Source: Chiloscyllium plagiosum
Taxonomy: Eukaryota
NCBI RefSeq assembly: GCF_004010195.1
Contig: NC_057719.1
Location: 86,932,274-86,996,273 of the forward strand
Length of the DNA stretch: 64,000 nt
Reading direction: 5' to 3'
The position numbers and the translations under genes were made by a program. Of this stretch, positions 25,010 through 37,990 are shown one piece after another; position 1 is the stretch's first letter, and each line of letters opens with the position of its first letter. The notes beneath the pieces were generated by a model. That model saw only the letters and a list, made by a program, of their open reading frames with translations, was not told where the DNA came from and did not search any database.

Positions 25010-26060
25010 AGTTGCATTCTTGAACCACTGCAATCTACGTGGTGTACTGACACCAACGGTGTTGTTAGGGATTTCCAGATCAGGATGGTGTTTGTGTTTG
25101 GGAGGTGAACATGCAGATGATTGTTCCCTTCCATGTGCTACCTTTGTCCTTGCAGATGATAGTGGTTGTGGGTTTAAAAGGTGCTGTCAGAGAAGCATGG
25201 GTGAGTTATTACAGTGGATTTTGTAGATAAACTCTGTAGCTGTGTGTTGGTGGATGGATTAAATGTTTAGGTGGATATGCTTTGTGATGGATGGTATCAA
25301 GCATCTTGTTGGAGCTGTATTTGTCCAGGCAAATGGAATATATTTCATGACTTGTACTCCTGTCTGTGCCTTGTGAATGGTGGGAAGGGTTTTGGCTCGT
25401 CAGAAAACCCAGCCTCTGACCTGCTATTGTAGCCACAGCATTTGTATGCTTGATCCAGAACAGTTTGCCCCACTGTTAATATTGAAGGATTCACTGATGG
25501 TACTGTCATGTAATATTTTGGGACAATGGTTGGGTCATTGTAATTGCCTAGCACCTGTGGTGCAAATGTCACTTGGTACTTGCTGCAATCCTGGATATTG
25601 TCCAGGACTTGGTGTATATGGACACGTACTGCTTCAGTGTTTGAGGAGTAGTGAACGGTGCTGAACATTTCACAATCATCGACAAAAATGCTCAGTTTGA
25701 CCTCTATAATGAAAGTCATTCATAATAGTTGGACTGAGGTCACTATTGTAAGTAACTCATGCAGAGTTGTCCTGGGGCTGAGACGGTTGACTTCCAACAA
25801 CCACAACCACCTTCCTTCATGCTAGGTTTGATTCTGTCCAGCAGAGAGAATACTTCTGATTCATATTATCCTTCTATTTTATCAGGGCTCCTTGAATTTG
25901 TGTTCTCAAATGTGAACCTTCATGTCGAAGGTGGAGTCTTTTTACCTCCTCTTGGCTTTCCAGTCCCTTTGTCCCTATTTGGACCAAGGCTTGTATTGAG
26001 GTCAGGAGTGAGCAAATGGAGGCTCTCATGTCTACCTGAGCTAATTTCATGTTCTAACAT
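25010..26060 (-). mobile_element. Highly decayed CR1/L2-group LINE
   Basis: ORF 25345-25719 VKLSIFVDDC...HQVLDNIQD...QVTFAP; related pieces at ~57260-57710 and ~62340-62600. Confidence 0.65.
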
Positions 26061-27938
26061 TTTGTCTGTACCCTTGTGGAGTGAGATTTTGAGAATCCTT
26101 ACTAAATGTAACAAAGATTTCCGCTCCACCACTTTCAGGTATTGAGTTTGAGGCGGCCACATTGTCTGGATGGAAACATTTCTCCTTGTACCCTCTAATC
26201 CAGCTACCAGTTGCTTTAAGTCTCTACCTGTTGGTTACTTAATTACTTACAAAAATAGAGCAGGGAGGAAATAAATTCCTAGGCCCCTCATTTTATGCAG
26301 TTTGATTAATTCTTTTTCTGTTTTCTCTTCCAAGGAAGGCTTTCTAACCTAGTCAAGTCTTTTCTCTGGCTTTAGTGACATCATTGTAAACTCTTCTCTA
26401 TTCTTGAGCATTATTGCTTTTTGTCTGAAAGTGCAGTGACAAGAACTGAACACCGTATTCTAGCTGTGTCCAAACTAGTGTTTTATACATTTACAGCACA
26501 ACTGTCCTGCTTTATAATCTTTGCCTATGCTAATAAGGAAAATATCTCATTTCCCACCCCAGGCATTTTATCTACTTGCCATACCAACTTCAGGAATCTG
26601 TAGACATGTAGTGCTAAAATCCTTCTGTTTCTCTACTGTACCCGGCATGTGCCCATTTATCATGTAATTTTTTTGCCTTGTTTTCACTTTGTACATTCAC
26701 AGTCTCTCACTACTTCAGATTGAATTCCATTTATCTCTTATTCATCTACCCAGCTCGTCCATTGATACCTTCCTAAGGTACACAGCTAGAACGACTCGTC
26801 AATATGTGTTTCCCATTGTTGTCGTAGACAGGTACAACACTTTTTTCTCTTCATTATCCAGTATCATAGCAAGTGAATTGGTCAGAGCAGCATTGACCTT
26901 GGATCAAAGTGTCTGCTGCCTTTGGGTGATGTGTGTAGCAAGAATGCAGTAGAGTCCCCTGACATTACCCTCCATGAACCGATGCTTGTATTTGACAGTC
27001 ATTGTAGCATCTGATCTAACTTCTATAGTCTCTCGTTAATTTGTATCCTCCTCCAATCCCACTCTGCTTGTTTTCAAAAATTTCTTATTCGCTTTTTAAG
27101 CCTGGTGAGCTGTTATGCTCTATTTTGCTGTCCACTGCCAAATAAAATGTGAGACCTGTTTCTGAATGTAGCGAGTGGTTTACATTTATAAGTTATTTGT
27201 TAGACAAATGGTACGGCTTATATACTTGACCAATAAATTGGAACTTCCATGGTGAAGGAGGTCAAAAGTATATGCACTTTATTCTTTTAAAAGCAGTGAA
27301 GTAACCTGTAGTCTTGATTTCCAGTTTGAATTTCACTGACCCCCTATTTCTGGTTCCAAAGTCATCTGATTCCTGATGGGCTCTTTCCCAAAATATCAAA
27401 TTTTTTTTTTTCTTTTTTACTTGCTCCTCAGATGTTGCCTGACCAGCTGTGCTTTTCTCTCGACTCTAATCTCCAGCATCTGCAAGTCCTCATTTTCGGC
27501 TTGTTTCACTATCAGTTTGAGGCCACGATAGATTTAATTTTCAGTTTATTGCATTATCTCTTACTTCAATGTTCCTCGTTCATCTTTGCTGCTAGTTTCA
27601 TGAGGGACCAACACTCCGCCCTCAGCAAGACTGTGATCACATTTGAACATGGTCATTGAGCTCATGGAGAATATCATTTAAAGTGTAATATGCTCTTGTC
27701 AGACATGAACACATTTCAACAGACTTCTCAAAGAAAATCTCGAGTTCCTCCCTTAAAACTTAGGTGATACAGGACCTGTTTATGACCTTCATCCTTGCTG
27801 ATGCCAGCTAACTTGGAACAAACCAGAGACTGAACCTAGGAACTCAATCTGTATGGTTCACATATCCATTGAATATTTGCCAAACCAGCGTTATCATGGA
27901 TCATCGTTGCAAAGGTGACTGGGTATTAAAGTTAACTG

Positions 27939-28152
27939 GAAATGTGTTGCTGGAAAAGCGCAGCAGGTCAGGCAGCATCCAGGGAACAGGAGAATCGACG
28001 TTTCGGGCATAAGCCCTTCTTCAGGAATTCCTGAAGAAGGGCTGATGCCCGAAACGTCGATTCTCCTGTTCCCTGGATGCTGCCTGACCTGCACTTTTCC
28101 AGCAACACATTTCCAGCTCTGACCTCCAGCATCTGCAGACCTCACTTTCTCC
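27939..28152. mobile_element. Fold-back Penelope-pLTR mini-element with hammerhead cores on both strands
   Basis: ~90-bp inverted arms centred on GAATTC (28025-28030); TSD tattaaagttaactg at 27924-27938 and 28153-28167. Confidence 0.92.
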
Positions 28153-28559
28153 TATTAAAGTTAACTGCCCCATGAGGCATACCCTAAGTTAAATTGCTTT
28201 GAAAAGAATAGCAAAGATATTTAACCATCAGAAGATAATCATATTTCCAAAATTTTAATATCACCCCTAGATATCATGTCTCAAATCTGTGATGTGTAGT
28301 TCCATCTTGCATTTTCATGTGATGGGGTTACTTCTCAATTTCTGGTATGAAAGAGAGTTGGGGGCATGTTTCAAGGCCTTTTATCAGTCTGCTTAACACC
28401 TATCTAAGAATGTTTGTCTTAGCTGTGTTCTTTAGCTGGGAAACTACTTTTTGATGTAAGTGAGCGAGATGCTATTTCCACTAGTACTCGTAGACTGAAT
28501 TGCAGTCACTGGTGACCTGTTGAGAAGTGTGGTGGTCAATTTATAAACCCTCCAGACTG

Positions 28560-29700
28560 TTACGCAATTTATATGGAGTATGCTTCTGTCAAGATAAATA
28601 TTCTTGTCTATCAGTTTTGGTTTTTGCCTCAGGAACCCCCAAATATGGGAATATAGACAATTCAACCATTTCTCATAATATGAGAATGAAATGTGTGACA
28701 TTGTGTTAAATCTGTGCTGTACCACTTGCAAGACCTTCTGTACTCTTCCTGGTTAATTGTCTGATTTCTGTTGGGACTGCCCACTTTTTCTAACTTGTCT
28801 TTGTGACTTTGTCTGTATTCTTTGTTGTTTAAAGGAAATATCACCAATACTTGGGGTTACTTCATGTGCTTCTTTCTCCCTGTCTGTGATGGAGATGCCA
28901 CATTTCAGGAGGGTAGTCTTCAAAAAATTCTTGTACCTTATCTTGCATGTCGTGCCCAAGTTTAATTTGTGAATGCATGATCATCTTGGGTTTTAGTACA
29001 TGGAAGTAGATTTCATCGAAGCTGGGCTCTGATGAATTCTTTAATGGTTGGCAATTTCTACTTTTTGAATTAACTTGATGTTCTGCATCTTCCATGAAAC
29101 CTGTCCAACTACTTAATATGGCTGAAGTAGGTAATCTAGGATGCAAATTTGTAGGAGAAGTGGTGTTACCACAGTTTTATATAGAGCTAGGGCTGTTGAA
29201 AGTTTATTTCCTCCAGAACTCTTGCAGAAATAGACAAATGTTAAGCTTGCAGAGGCAATTCTATTTGCCACTTTACTGTCAATGCAGACATTTCTTGAGA
29301 TTGTGGTTTGAAGATGGGTGAAGTGATCAACAGTCTTTCGGTTTGTGTTGTTAATAATTATAGGAGGAAGGGTATAGTCAGTTTGACAGTGATTGGAGCA
29401 GCTATTTTCTTGAGCTCGTGGTTTTCATCAGCTAATTTTGAAAAATCTTTTGAAGACCATTTTAGCAGTATGGCAGAGCTTAATCATGGTAAATTAAAAT
29501 TTCTGTATCATCATTTCTGTCTTCGTGTGGGTATCAGTAAGCCTCCAGTTGAAGAGATTGGCATCTGTGGGGTAATTTCCATGACTGTTTTGCATTAAAT
29601 GCCTCAAAACATGGCAAAGAATTTATTGAATAGTGGATAGGCCATGTTACACCCCTGCTTGACAACATTTGCTGCTTCGAAGTGGTCAGTGTATTCATTG
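28560..29700 (-). mobile_element. Very old RTE-clade LINE remnant
   Basis: Minus strand VKQGCNMA-like at ~29640-29670; PKMIMHSQIKLG and RYKNFLKTTLLKCGI resemble the RTE C-terminus. Confidence 0.6.
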
Positions 29701-29764
29701 CACTCAGCAACTCTAGCTATCATTCCATGGTAAGATTATCCTATCACATGGCCACTAAAAATTC

Positions 29765-30350
29765 AAACAGGACCTCAAGCCTGTTCTGTTATTCAATAGG
29801 TTCATGGCTGATCAAATATTCCTTATGGACATTTGATTGCATTTTGTCCTTAACTCTTGATTTTCCTGACTGATCAAAATCTCTATCAGTCTTAAATATA
29901 CACAAGGATTCTGTCCCCATTGCTCTCTGTAGCAAGGAATTCTAAAGACACTCAACCCTCAGAAGAAATTCCCCCTCGTATCAGTTTAAATTGACATCCC
30001 TTTATTCTGAGGCTGTGCCCTTGTTCCCAAACACTCTCATAAGATGTAACCTCCGCTCATGATTTAACCAGTCAACCCCCTTAAGAATTGTTTCCATAAG
30101 ATTCCTTCTCATTCTTCCAGTGAGTAAAGTCCCAATCTGTTTAGCCTTTGCTCACAGCACAGTCCCTACACACCAGAGGTAGTCCTTGTAAACCTTTTCT
30201 GTTCTGCCTCCCATGAAATGCTATCTTTCCTTATGGAGACCAAATCTGCTGTCAGGAGTCCAGATGTAGTCTCACCAGCACCTTGTCCAGTTGCGGTAAG
30301 ACTTCCCCATTCTTGTACTCCAAACCTCTTGAAATAGTGGCCAAATTACT
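29765..30350 (-). mobile_element. Old CR1 3' fragment
   Basis: Reverse-complement CR1 3' motifs. Confidence 0.7.
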
Positions 30351-30749
30351 GACGTGGCTGAGAAATTGCGACAGAAAGTAGTGATATTGGTTGGATACTG
30401 AAATTTGCAGGTTGTGACCAGTAGTGTCTCATGAGGATGTGTTCACGCTTCAATTATTCACATTATTAATGACTTGGGTGATGGCATAGAAAGTCATGAA
30501 TCCAAATTTGTTCTTGACACCAAATTAGATGGTATTGCAGACAGTATAGATAGTCAGTTATAATTTTATGCGAAGTGAATGGGCAAAACTATTCAGATGG
30601 AGTTCAATGTAAGAAGGCACAAGGTTATCCATTTCAGAATGAGAAAGAATAGATAAAGATTTCTAGTTAGTATGAAGTTCAATACAGTGGATGTCCAGAG
30701 AATTGGGGGAGTGTGTGCATGGTTCAGGTGCATAGATCTTTAAAACGAC

Positions 30750-32305
30750 ACAGACACCACCCAGGCCTTCCAGCTCCTGCAAGACTTCCGTTTCCCCGGC
30801 CCCGAACACCTCATCTTCACCATGGATATCCAATCCCTTGACACCTCCATCCACCATGACCAGGGCCTCCAAGCCCTCCGTTTTTTCCTCTCCCGACATC
30901 CCCAACAGTACCCTTCCACCGACACACTCATTCGTTTGGCCGAACTGGTCCTCACACTTAACAATTTCTCCTTCGAATCCTCCCACTTCCTCCAGACCAA
31001 AGGGGTAGCCATGGGCACACGTATGGGCCCCAGCTATGCCTGTCTCTTTGTTGGCTACATAGCACAGTCGATCTTCCGTAATTACACCGGCACCACTCCC
31101 CACCTCTTCCTCCGCTATATTGATGACTGCATTGGCGCCACCTCATGCTCCCGCGAGGAAGTTGAGCAATTCATCAACTTCGCCAACACATTCCACCCCG
31201 ACCTTAAATTTACCTGGACCACCTCTGACACCTCCCTCCCCTTCCTGCACCTCTCCATCTCCATTAATGATGACTGACTTGACACTGACATTTTTTACAA
31301 ACCCACCGACCCCCACAGCTAACTGGATTACCCCTCTTCCCACCCTACCTCTTTCAAAAATGCCATCCCGTATTCCCAATTCCTCCGCCGTATCTGCTCC
31401 CAGGAGGACCAGTTCCACCACAGAACATACCACGTGGCCTCCTTTAGAGACCGCAATTTCCATTCCCACATGGTTAAAGATGCCCTCCAACGCATCTCGT
31501 CCACATCCCGCACCTCCGCCCTCAGACCCCACCCCTAACAAGGACAGAACGCCCCTGCTGCTCACCTTCCACCCTACCAACATTTGCATAAACCAAATCA
31601 TCCGCTGACATTTCTGCCACCTCCAAAAAGACCCCACCACCATCCACTAATACTATTTATTGCATTCGTTGCTCCCGATGCGGTCTCCTCTACATTGGGG
31701 AGACTGGACGCCTCCTAGCAGAGCGCTTTAGGGAACATCTCCGGGACACCCGCACCAATTAACCACACCACCCTGTGGCCCAACATTTCAACTCCCACTC
31801 CCACTCTGCCGAGGACATGGACATGGAGGTCCTAGGCCTCCTTCACCGCCGCTCCCTCACCATCAGACGCCTGGAGGAAGAACGCCTTGTCTTCCGCCTT
31901 GGAACACTTCAACCCCAGGGCATCAATGTGGACTTCAACAGATTCCTCATTTCCCCTTCCCCCACCTCACCCTAGTTCCAAACTTCCAGCTCAGCACTGT
32001 CCCCATGACTTGTCCTACCCGCCTATCTTCTTTTCCACCTATCCACTCCACCTTCCTCCCTGACCTATCACCTTCATCCCCTCCCTCAATCACTTATTGT
32101 ACTCCATGCTACTTTCTCCCCACCCCCAACCTCCTCTAGCTTATCTCTCCATGCTTCAGGCTCACTGCCTTTATTCCTGATGAAGGGCTTTTCCCCTAAA
32201 GGTCGATTTTGCTGCTCCTTGGATGCTGCCTGAACTGCTGTGCTCTTCCAGCACCACTAATCCAAAATCTGGTTTCCAGCATCTACATCATTATTTTCTG
32301 AACCG
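30750..32305 (+). mobile_element. Penelope-like element (RT, GIY-YIG, pLTR), 5'-truncated with internal deletion
   Basis: ORF 30822-31277 MDIQSL...QTKGVAMGTRMGPSYACLFVG...FLRYIDDCIG; IYCIRCSRCGLLYIGETGR at ~31655-31710; pLTR with mutated core CTGATGAAGGGCTTTTCCCCTAAA from 32177. Confidence 0.93.
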
Positions 32306-32408
32306 AGGTAAAAACAAGACAGTTAATGGAATGCAGATCTTTGTATCTAGAGGGCTGGAGTACAAGAATGCAGATGTACACCTACAGTATAACAAGATCC
32401 TGTTTAGA

Positions 32409-32605
32409 GTCGAGAGTGTGGTGCTGGAAACGCACAGCAGGTCAGGCAGCTTCCGAGGAGGAGGAGAATTGACGTTTCAGGCATAAGGGCCTTATGCCTG
32501 AAATGTCAATTCTCCTGCTCCTCGGATGATACCTGACCTATTGTGCTTTTCCAGCACCACACTCTCGACTCTGATCTCCAGCATCTGCAGTCCTCACTTT
32601 GTCCT
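32409..32605. mobile_element. Fold-back pLTR mini-element
   Basis: Inverted arms meeting at ggcataagggccttatgcc; degenerate TSD aagatcctgtttaga / aagatccaggtgaga. Confidence 0.85.
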
Positions 32606-33265
32606 AAGATCCAGGTGAGACCCCACTTGGAGTACTGTGAACAGATCTGTTCACCTTAGGAACAATATTTTGACTGTGGAGGGAGTACAATGCCGATCTA
32701 TTAGAATGATGCCTGGACTTCATGGGTTAAGTTACGAGGAGAGATTATAATATTTCTTCTCGAATTTGGAAGGTTTTGGGTTGATCTGATCCAAGTCTTC
32801 CAGATATTAACAGGAAAAGACAGGGCAAATATAGATAAATTATTAAGAGATGTGGGCCAGAGATGTGGGCCAAAGACATGTATATGGAGTTGGCAACAAA
32901 TCAGCTAATCTCTCCTTGAACAGTGGAACAGGGTTCAGGGGCTGAATGGCCTATTCCTGTTCCTATGTTCCTACTAAAGTTGCCAGCTATGACATGTAGT
33001 GAGATTTCTGAGATTGCTACACAGATTTTTGTTTGTGAAGTGTAACACTAAATGTATGATCAGCAATTTAACTGGTGCATTTCAGGCCATTGAATAGTGT
33101 TGGAGAACTTGAGATTTCCCTAACATGACAGCATCTCTTGTTCCAATATTGTTGTATTAGAGGATTGGTTTATGGAATGAAAATGGTTTACTGGAAAGGC
33201 AAATCAGACGTGGTTAAGCAGGGCAGATTAGGTGACTTTGGAATGTTTGGGCCATGGCCTTAGTC

Positions 33266-33445
33266 CAGGTTGTTCTGTTATAACACTTGTTTTGTTAATG
33301 TGAATTTGCTGTAATGTGATTGACAAATTGGGGATACTGTATCTCAAGCGTGAATATTTCACATGTTGCCTGCAATGCAGTTACATCGCCAACACTTAAG
33401 TGCTATTTCCAAGAATGCAACCATGTGTTATCGAAGAACTACCTG
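33266..33445. mobile_element. Tc1/mariner-pogo-like MITE
   Basis: Imperfect terminal inverted repeats caggttgttctgttataacac ... gtgttatcgaagaactacctg followed by TA; related end at ~20062 (tacagtcagttctgctataac). Confidence 0.65.
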
Positions 33446-34280
33446 TACAGGAATATATTATGAAAGACAGTTCCAGTTGGGTGGGATAAGGTTTAAGGTT
33501 AGGTCCAAAGCACAAAGTTATCAGGCTGATACTGTTGGACAACTGTAGGAAATTCTGTTGGAACTGTGAAACCTTGTCATTAGTATCCGGAACATTTAAT
33601 GCACCTGCTCTCCATAGAAGTAAAGATAGCGTTGGCATCTTTGGCAAATATAATTGTGCGTTCCCTGTGACTTTTATTTTGTATTTACCAATGCTCAGGT
33701 GAGTGCTCTATGGCTGATGTCAGCATGGGCTCATGTTCAAATCCTGAGCCACCAGTGAAACTTGTCCTTCCTTTTTTTTAATAAATCCTTTAGTGAAAAT
33801 ATTTTGTAATGAATGAATATCAGATAGAACAATTGATATGCTGCCCTGGGAAAATCGTTGGGTGCACCATTTAGCTTTTGCTTCTAATAGTTGGAATTAG
33901 ATCATGAAATGATTTAAGAAATGCCCCAGATTTTAATTTCTGGAAGTGGTGTTTAATGGCCAACTGCCTTTTCATAATTTAAGTTCTGGAATAACTTATC
34001 TGACTGACTAGTGCCTTCAGCAGATATTGATACTGTTGCCTCCTTAGCCGAGGCAACTTTCATTTCTCCAATACTGTGTAGAAGGTTTGTGTAATGGGAC
34101 TTGAATCCGCAAATTGATATATGCAAGGGTGTTCTTGTGACTAACTTGTGTTGTGCTCCTTCTGATCTCAAATGAGTAACTGGCAGTTACAAGACATAAT
34201 TCTTGAAAATACCTTTTATCGTATGTAAGAAGAGTTCAAACCTTGAATACATTTTGGCCTACAAATGCAGCACTGTCAAT

Positions 34281-36478
34281 AAGAACAAAGAGAACCAAGA
34301 ATGTTACAGCACAGAAACAGGCCCTTTGGGCCTCCAAGCCTGCGCCGATCCTTATCCTCTATCTAAATCTGTTGCCTATTTTAAGGATTTGTATCCCTTT
34401 GCTCCCTGCCCATTCGTGTATCTTGTCTTGATGTATATTAAATGATGCTATCAATCCCGCCCCTGCTCATTCCAGACACCCACCACCCTCTGCGTGAAGA
34501 ACTTTCCACATATATTTCCCTAAACCTTTCCCTTCTCACTTCAAACCCGTGACCTCTACTAATTGAGTCCTCTACTCTGGGGGCAAAGGTTTCTTGCTAT
34601 CCACCCTGTCTACACCTCATGATTTTGTAGACCTCAATCAGGTTCCCCCTCAACCTCCTTTCCAATGAAAATAATCCTAATCAACCTCTCCTCATAGCTA
34701 GCACCCTCTATACCAGGAAACATCTTGGCAAACCTCATCTGTACCATCTCCAAGGCATCCACGTCCTTTTGGTCATGTGGCAGAACTATATGCAGTATTC
34801 CAAATGTGGCCAAACCAAAGTCTTATACAATTGTAACATGACCTGCCAACTCTTGTACTTGATATCCCGTCCGATGAAGGAAAACGTGCTGTATGCTGCC
34901 TTGACCACTCCACTGACCTGCGTTGCCACCTTTAGGGAACAATGGACCTGAACACCCAGATCTCTCTATACAACACTTTTCCCCAAGACCTTTCCATTTA
35001 TTGTATAGTTCGCTGTGGAATTGCATCTTCCAAAATCCATCACCTCGTATTTGTCTGGTTGAACTCCATTTCTCTGCCCAACTTTCCAATCTATCTGCCA
35101 TCCCATTGCCCCCTCTCAGTTGAAGCAAAATGCTCAGAGACACATTATAGTTTTACCTCCTCCATCTTTATTCTGGTCCCTGGAGGGAGGGGGAATGATC
35201 ATCCATGTGCACAGAGACAAGAGTTCACGGACTTTTCTGGAACAGTAGTTTCTCAATGAACTATATAGACATTGTACAGAGTGGAGCATCCAGATAAGGC
35301 AACATACATATTGGTTCGGTGACTGTTACTATCAGCAAGTGTCCATAGTAAAGATTTAAGCCATCTGTTACATAATGAATAACTGACTTGACATAATGAA
35401 TACTTTTTGCCGATTAACTCATGTTACATACTGAATGCTACCTCATCTTGTTAAATGGCTGTATAGAATGAATGCTTTTCCACCTTGTTCACCCATTACC
35501 CTTGCCTGAAGCACCCCATTGTTAACTAAGTTCTTATCAGACCTGAGTCATGTTCAGCTGAACCTCTTGTTTAAAAAAACTCAGAGCTTAACTTTTTTTC
35601 CCTGCCTGCTTGCACCCTATACACATTCCCATATCTGTATTTTATATTCTCTGACAGACCCCTTCACTATCTGCTACTCCACCAATCTTAGTGTCATCTG
35701 CAAACTTGCTAATGAAGCGACCTACATCATCTTCCAAATCAGAAACAACAGTGATTCCAACACAGATCCCTGTGGGACACCACTGGTCACAGTTCTCTAT
35801 TTTGAGAAACTCTCTTCCACTAATACTGTCTCCTGTTGCCCAACCAGTTCTCTCTCTATCCAGCTAGGACACCCTGGACCCCATGCGATGTCACTTTCAT
35901 CAGCCTACTATGGGGAATCTTATCAAACACCTTACTATAGTCCATGGATATGACAGCCACATCCCTTCCCTCAACAATCAACTTTGTCACCTCTTCAAAA
36001 AATTCTATTAGGTTAGTAAGACATGACCTTCCCTGCACAAACCATGCTGCCAATCACCGATAAGCCCATTTTCTTCGAAATGTATATATTTCCTATCTGT
36101 TAGTAAATTGTCCAGTAGTTTCCCTACCGTGGACATCAGGCTCACAGGTCTGTAATTACCTGGATTATCCCTGCTACCCTTTTTAAACAAGGGGACAATA
36201 TTAACAATTCTCCAGTCCTCTGGGACCTCCCCTGTATGCAAGGATGCTGCAAAGATGTCTGTTAAAGGCCTAGCTATTTCCCCTCTCGCTTCCTCAGTAA
36301 CCGAGGATAGATCCCATCCGGAGCTGGGGAATTGTCCACCTTAGTGCCTTTTAGAATACACAATACTTACTCTCTCCTTATGCTGACTTGACCTCGAGTA
36401 ATCAGAGATCTACCCCTCACCTCAACATCCACCACGCCCCTCTCGGTGAGTACCGATGCAAAGTACTCGTTAAGAATA
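34281..36478 (-). mobile_element. CR1 LINE (RT to 3' end) interrupted by a solo LTR
   Basis: VPEDWRIVNIVPLFKKGSRDNPGNYRPVSL; GRSCLTNLIEFFEEVT; tail aagaacaaagagaaccaagaa. Confidence 0.9.
35096..35631 (-). mobile_element. Solo LTR (ERV/Gypsy-type), 536 bp
   Basis: TG...CA termini; 4-bp TSD tatc (35092-35095 / 35632-35635); minus-strand TATATA (~35265) followed by AATAAA (~35170); homologous to 56611-57125. Confidence 0.82.
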
Positions 36479-36524
36479 TATAATCAAAAAGTGCTCAACC
36501 CATTTGAATCCACATTTGCTTCAT

Positions 36525-37030
36525 GTTTAGAATTAGATGTTGTCACACTTATTCAAGCATATGGATACAGGAGTCCGATGAAAAGTGGGTAGTGTCATAC
36601 TTGGGTAGAAAATCTTCGGTACAAAGTAGAAAAATAAAGAAATAAGGTTAAAAGTTTGACATGACGTTTGCTGTGTGTTTAGCCTTGTTGGGTTCGCACT
36701 CCCCTCAAGGGTTTGACCTCCTTCATGTTCAATGCCGCCACAAATGCTGGGAGACCTTGGGCTCACTCTCTTCCTTTCCCCTGTGCCGGACGTGATCTCC
36801 ACCCTGTTGCGCCAAAGTTGACTCCCTTCATTGCCACCTTCAGGAGAAACCTTCCCAGGCACACTGGACACTTGGAAGTCGCTGATGTCTACAGCGGATA
36901 AGTAGATTAAAAGGAAAAGAAAGGAGAGAAATGCTGTGAATGAAGGGGGAAGAAAAAGCAGACAGAGCATACAAGTTCTGGGCAGGAGTCCACATGCTGC
37001 ACTGCTACTCTGCCCCCATCTTGACAACTA
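36525..37030 (-). mobile_element. Probable non-autonomous retroelement of unknown family
   Basis: Minus strand starts tcaagatgggggcagag and ends ttttcatcggactc...gtgtgacaacatctaattctaa, a LINE-like 3' tail; the 164-aa ORF has no recognisable domain. Confidence 0.4.
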
Positions 37031-37408
37031 GTGTCTGACTCAGGAGGATAGAATTGAGTTTTATGGACTTGAGCATGTCATTAAGGACAATTGATCTGTA
37101 CATTGCTGAGCATGCACAACATATGGTTGAGGCAAGTGAATGGAGTGGATGTCGCTGTGTACTAAAGCCGACAGATGCACGCTTTCTCTAAGTGCGATCA
37201 GAGCCGGAGCCCATCCTAATCTTATTCATCCTGAATCTACGCCTAATGTACCTCAGATTGGCCACATAGCCCAAATCGGATGTCAAAGCTAGAGTGTTCC
37301 TGTTTTCTTGAACTTGGCGAGCAATAGCTTCCATTTGCCTTAAGTAGTTAGGTTACAGGCAGCAGAACTTTGATTACCTTTAACTTGAAGTGGGCCTGGA
37401 GAGCAGTA

Positions 37409-37621
37409 TCTGGATTAGTGGTGCTGGAAGAGCACAGCAGTTCAGGCAGCATCCAAGGAGCAGCGAAATCGACATTTCATGCAAAAGCCCTTCATCCTGA
37501 TGAAGGGCTTTTGCCCGAAACGTCAATTTCACTGCTCCTTCAATCCTGCCTGAACTGCTGTGCTCTTCCAGCACCACTAACCCAGAATCTGGTTTCCAGC
37601 ATCTGCAGTCATTGTTTTTAC
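37409..37621. mobile_element. Fold-back pLTR mini-element with intact plus-strand hammerhead core
   Basis: CTGATGA-AGGGC-TTTT-GCCC-GAAA-CGTC at 37497-37524; TSD cctggagagc(a/c)gta at 37395-37408 and 37622-37635. Confidence 0.9.
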
Positions 37622-37814
37622 CCTGGAGAGCCGTAGACAGTTGTATTTATAAGTAACAAGCTCATGGACACGTCAGCAGGTTGCATGGTCAACAAATGAG
37701 GTAAATGACTGATTAATATAAACGCAAAGGCTCACACATACAAAAGAAAGTTAATCTGGATAGGAAAGGCAAAAAGAAGCAGCAAAGATTTTAAAAGAAT
37801 GAAATAGTTTTAAG

Positions 37815-37990
37815 GATAGTACGATTGCAACATTTAAAAGACATCTGGATGGGTATATGAATAGGAAGGGTTTGGAGGGATATGGGCTGGCAGGTGGGAT
37901 GACATTGGGTTGGGCTAACTGGTCGGCATGAATGAGTTGGACCGAAGGGTCTGTTTCTGTGCTGTACATCTGACTGTATGACTCTTATCG
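37815..37990 (+). mobile_element. HER1 3'-terminal fragment
   Basis: catttaaaagacatctggatggg...gaccgaagggtctgtttc...tatgactct. Confidence 0.85.

Larger units (their letters stand above)
30352..32975 (+). mobile_element. Old CR1 LINE hosting a Penelope element and a fold-back mini-element
   Basis: CR1 RT sequence at 30352-30745 resumes at ~32320-32975. Confidence 0.7.

Noticed and set aside
36533..37027. 164-aa minus-strand ORF as a nested gene
   Set aside because: No true ATG context or domain; flanks look like retroelement ends.
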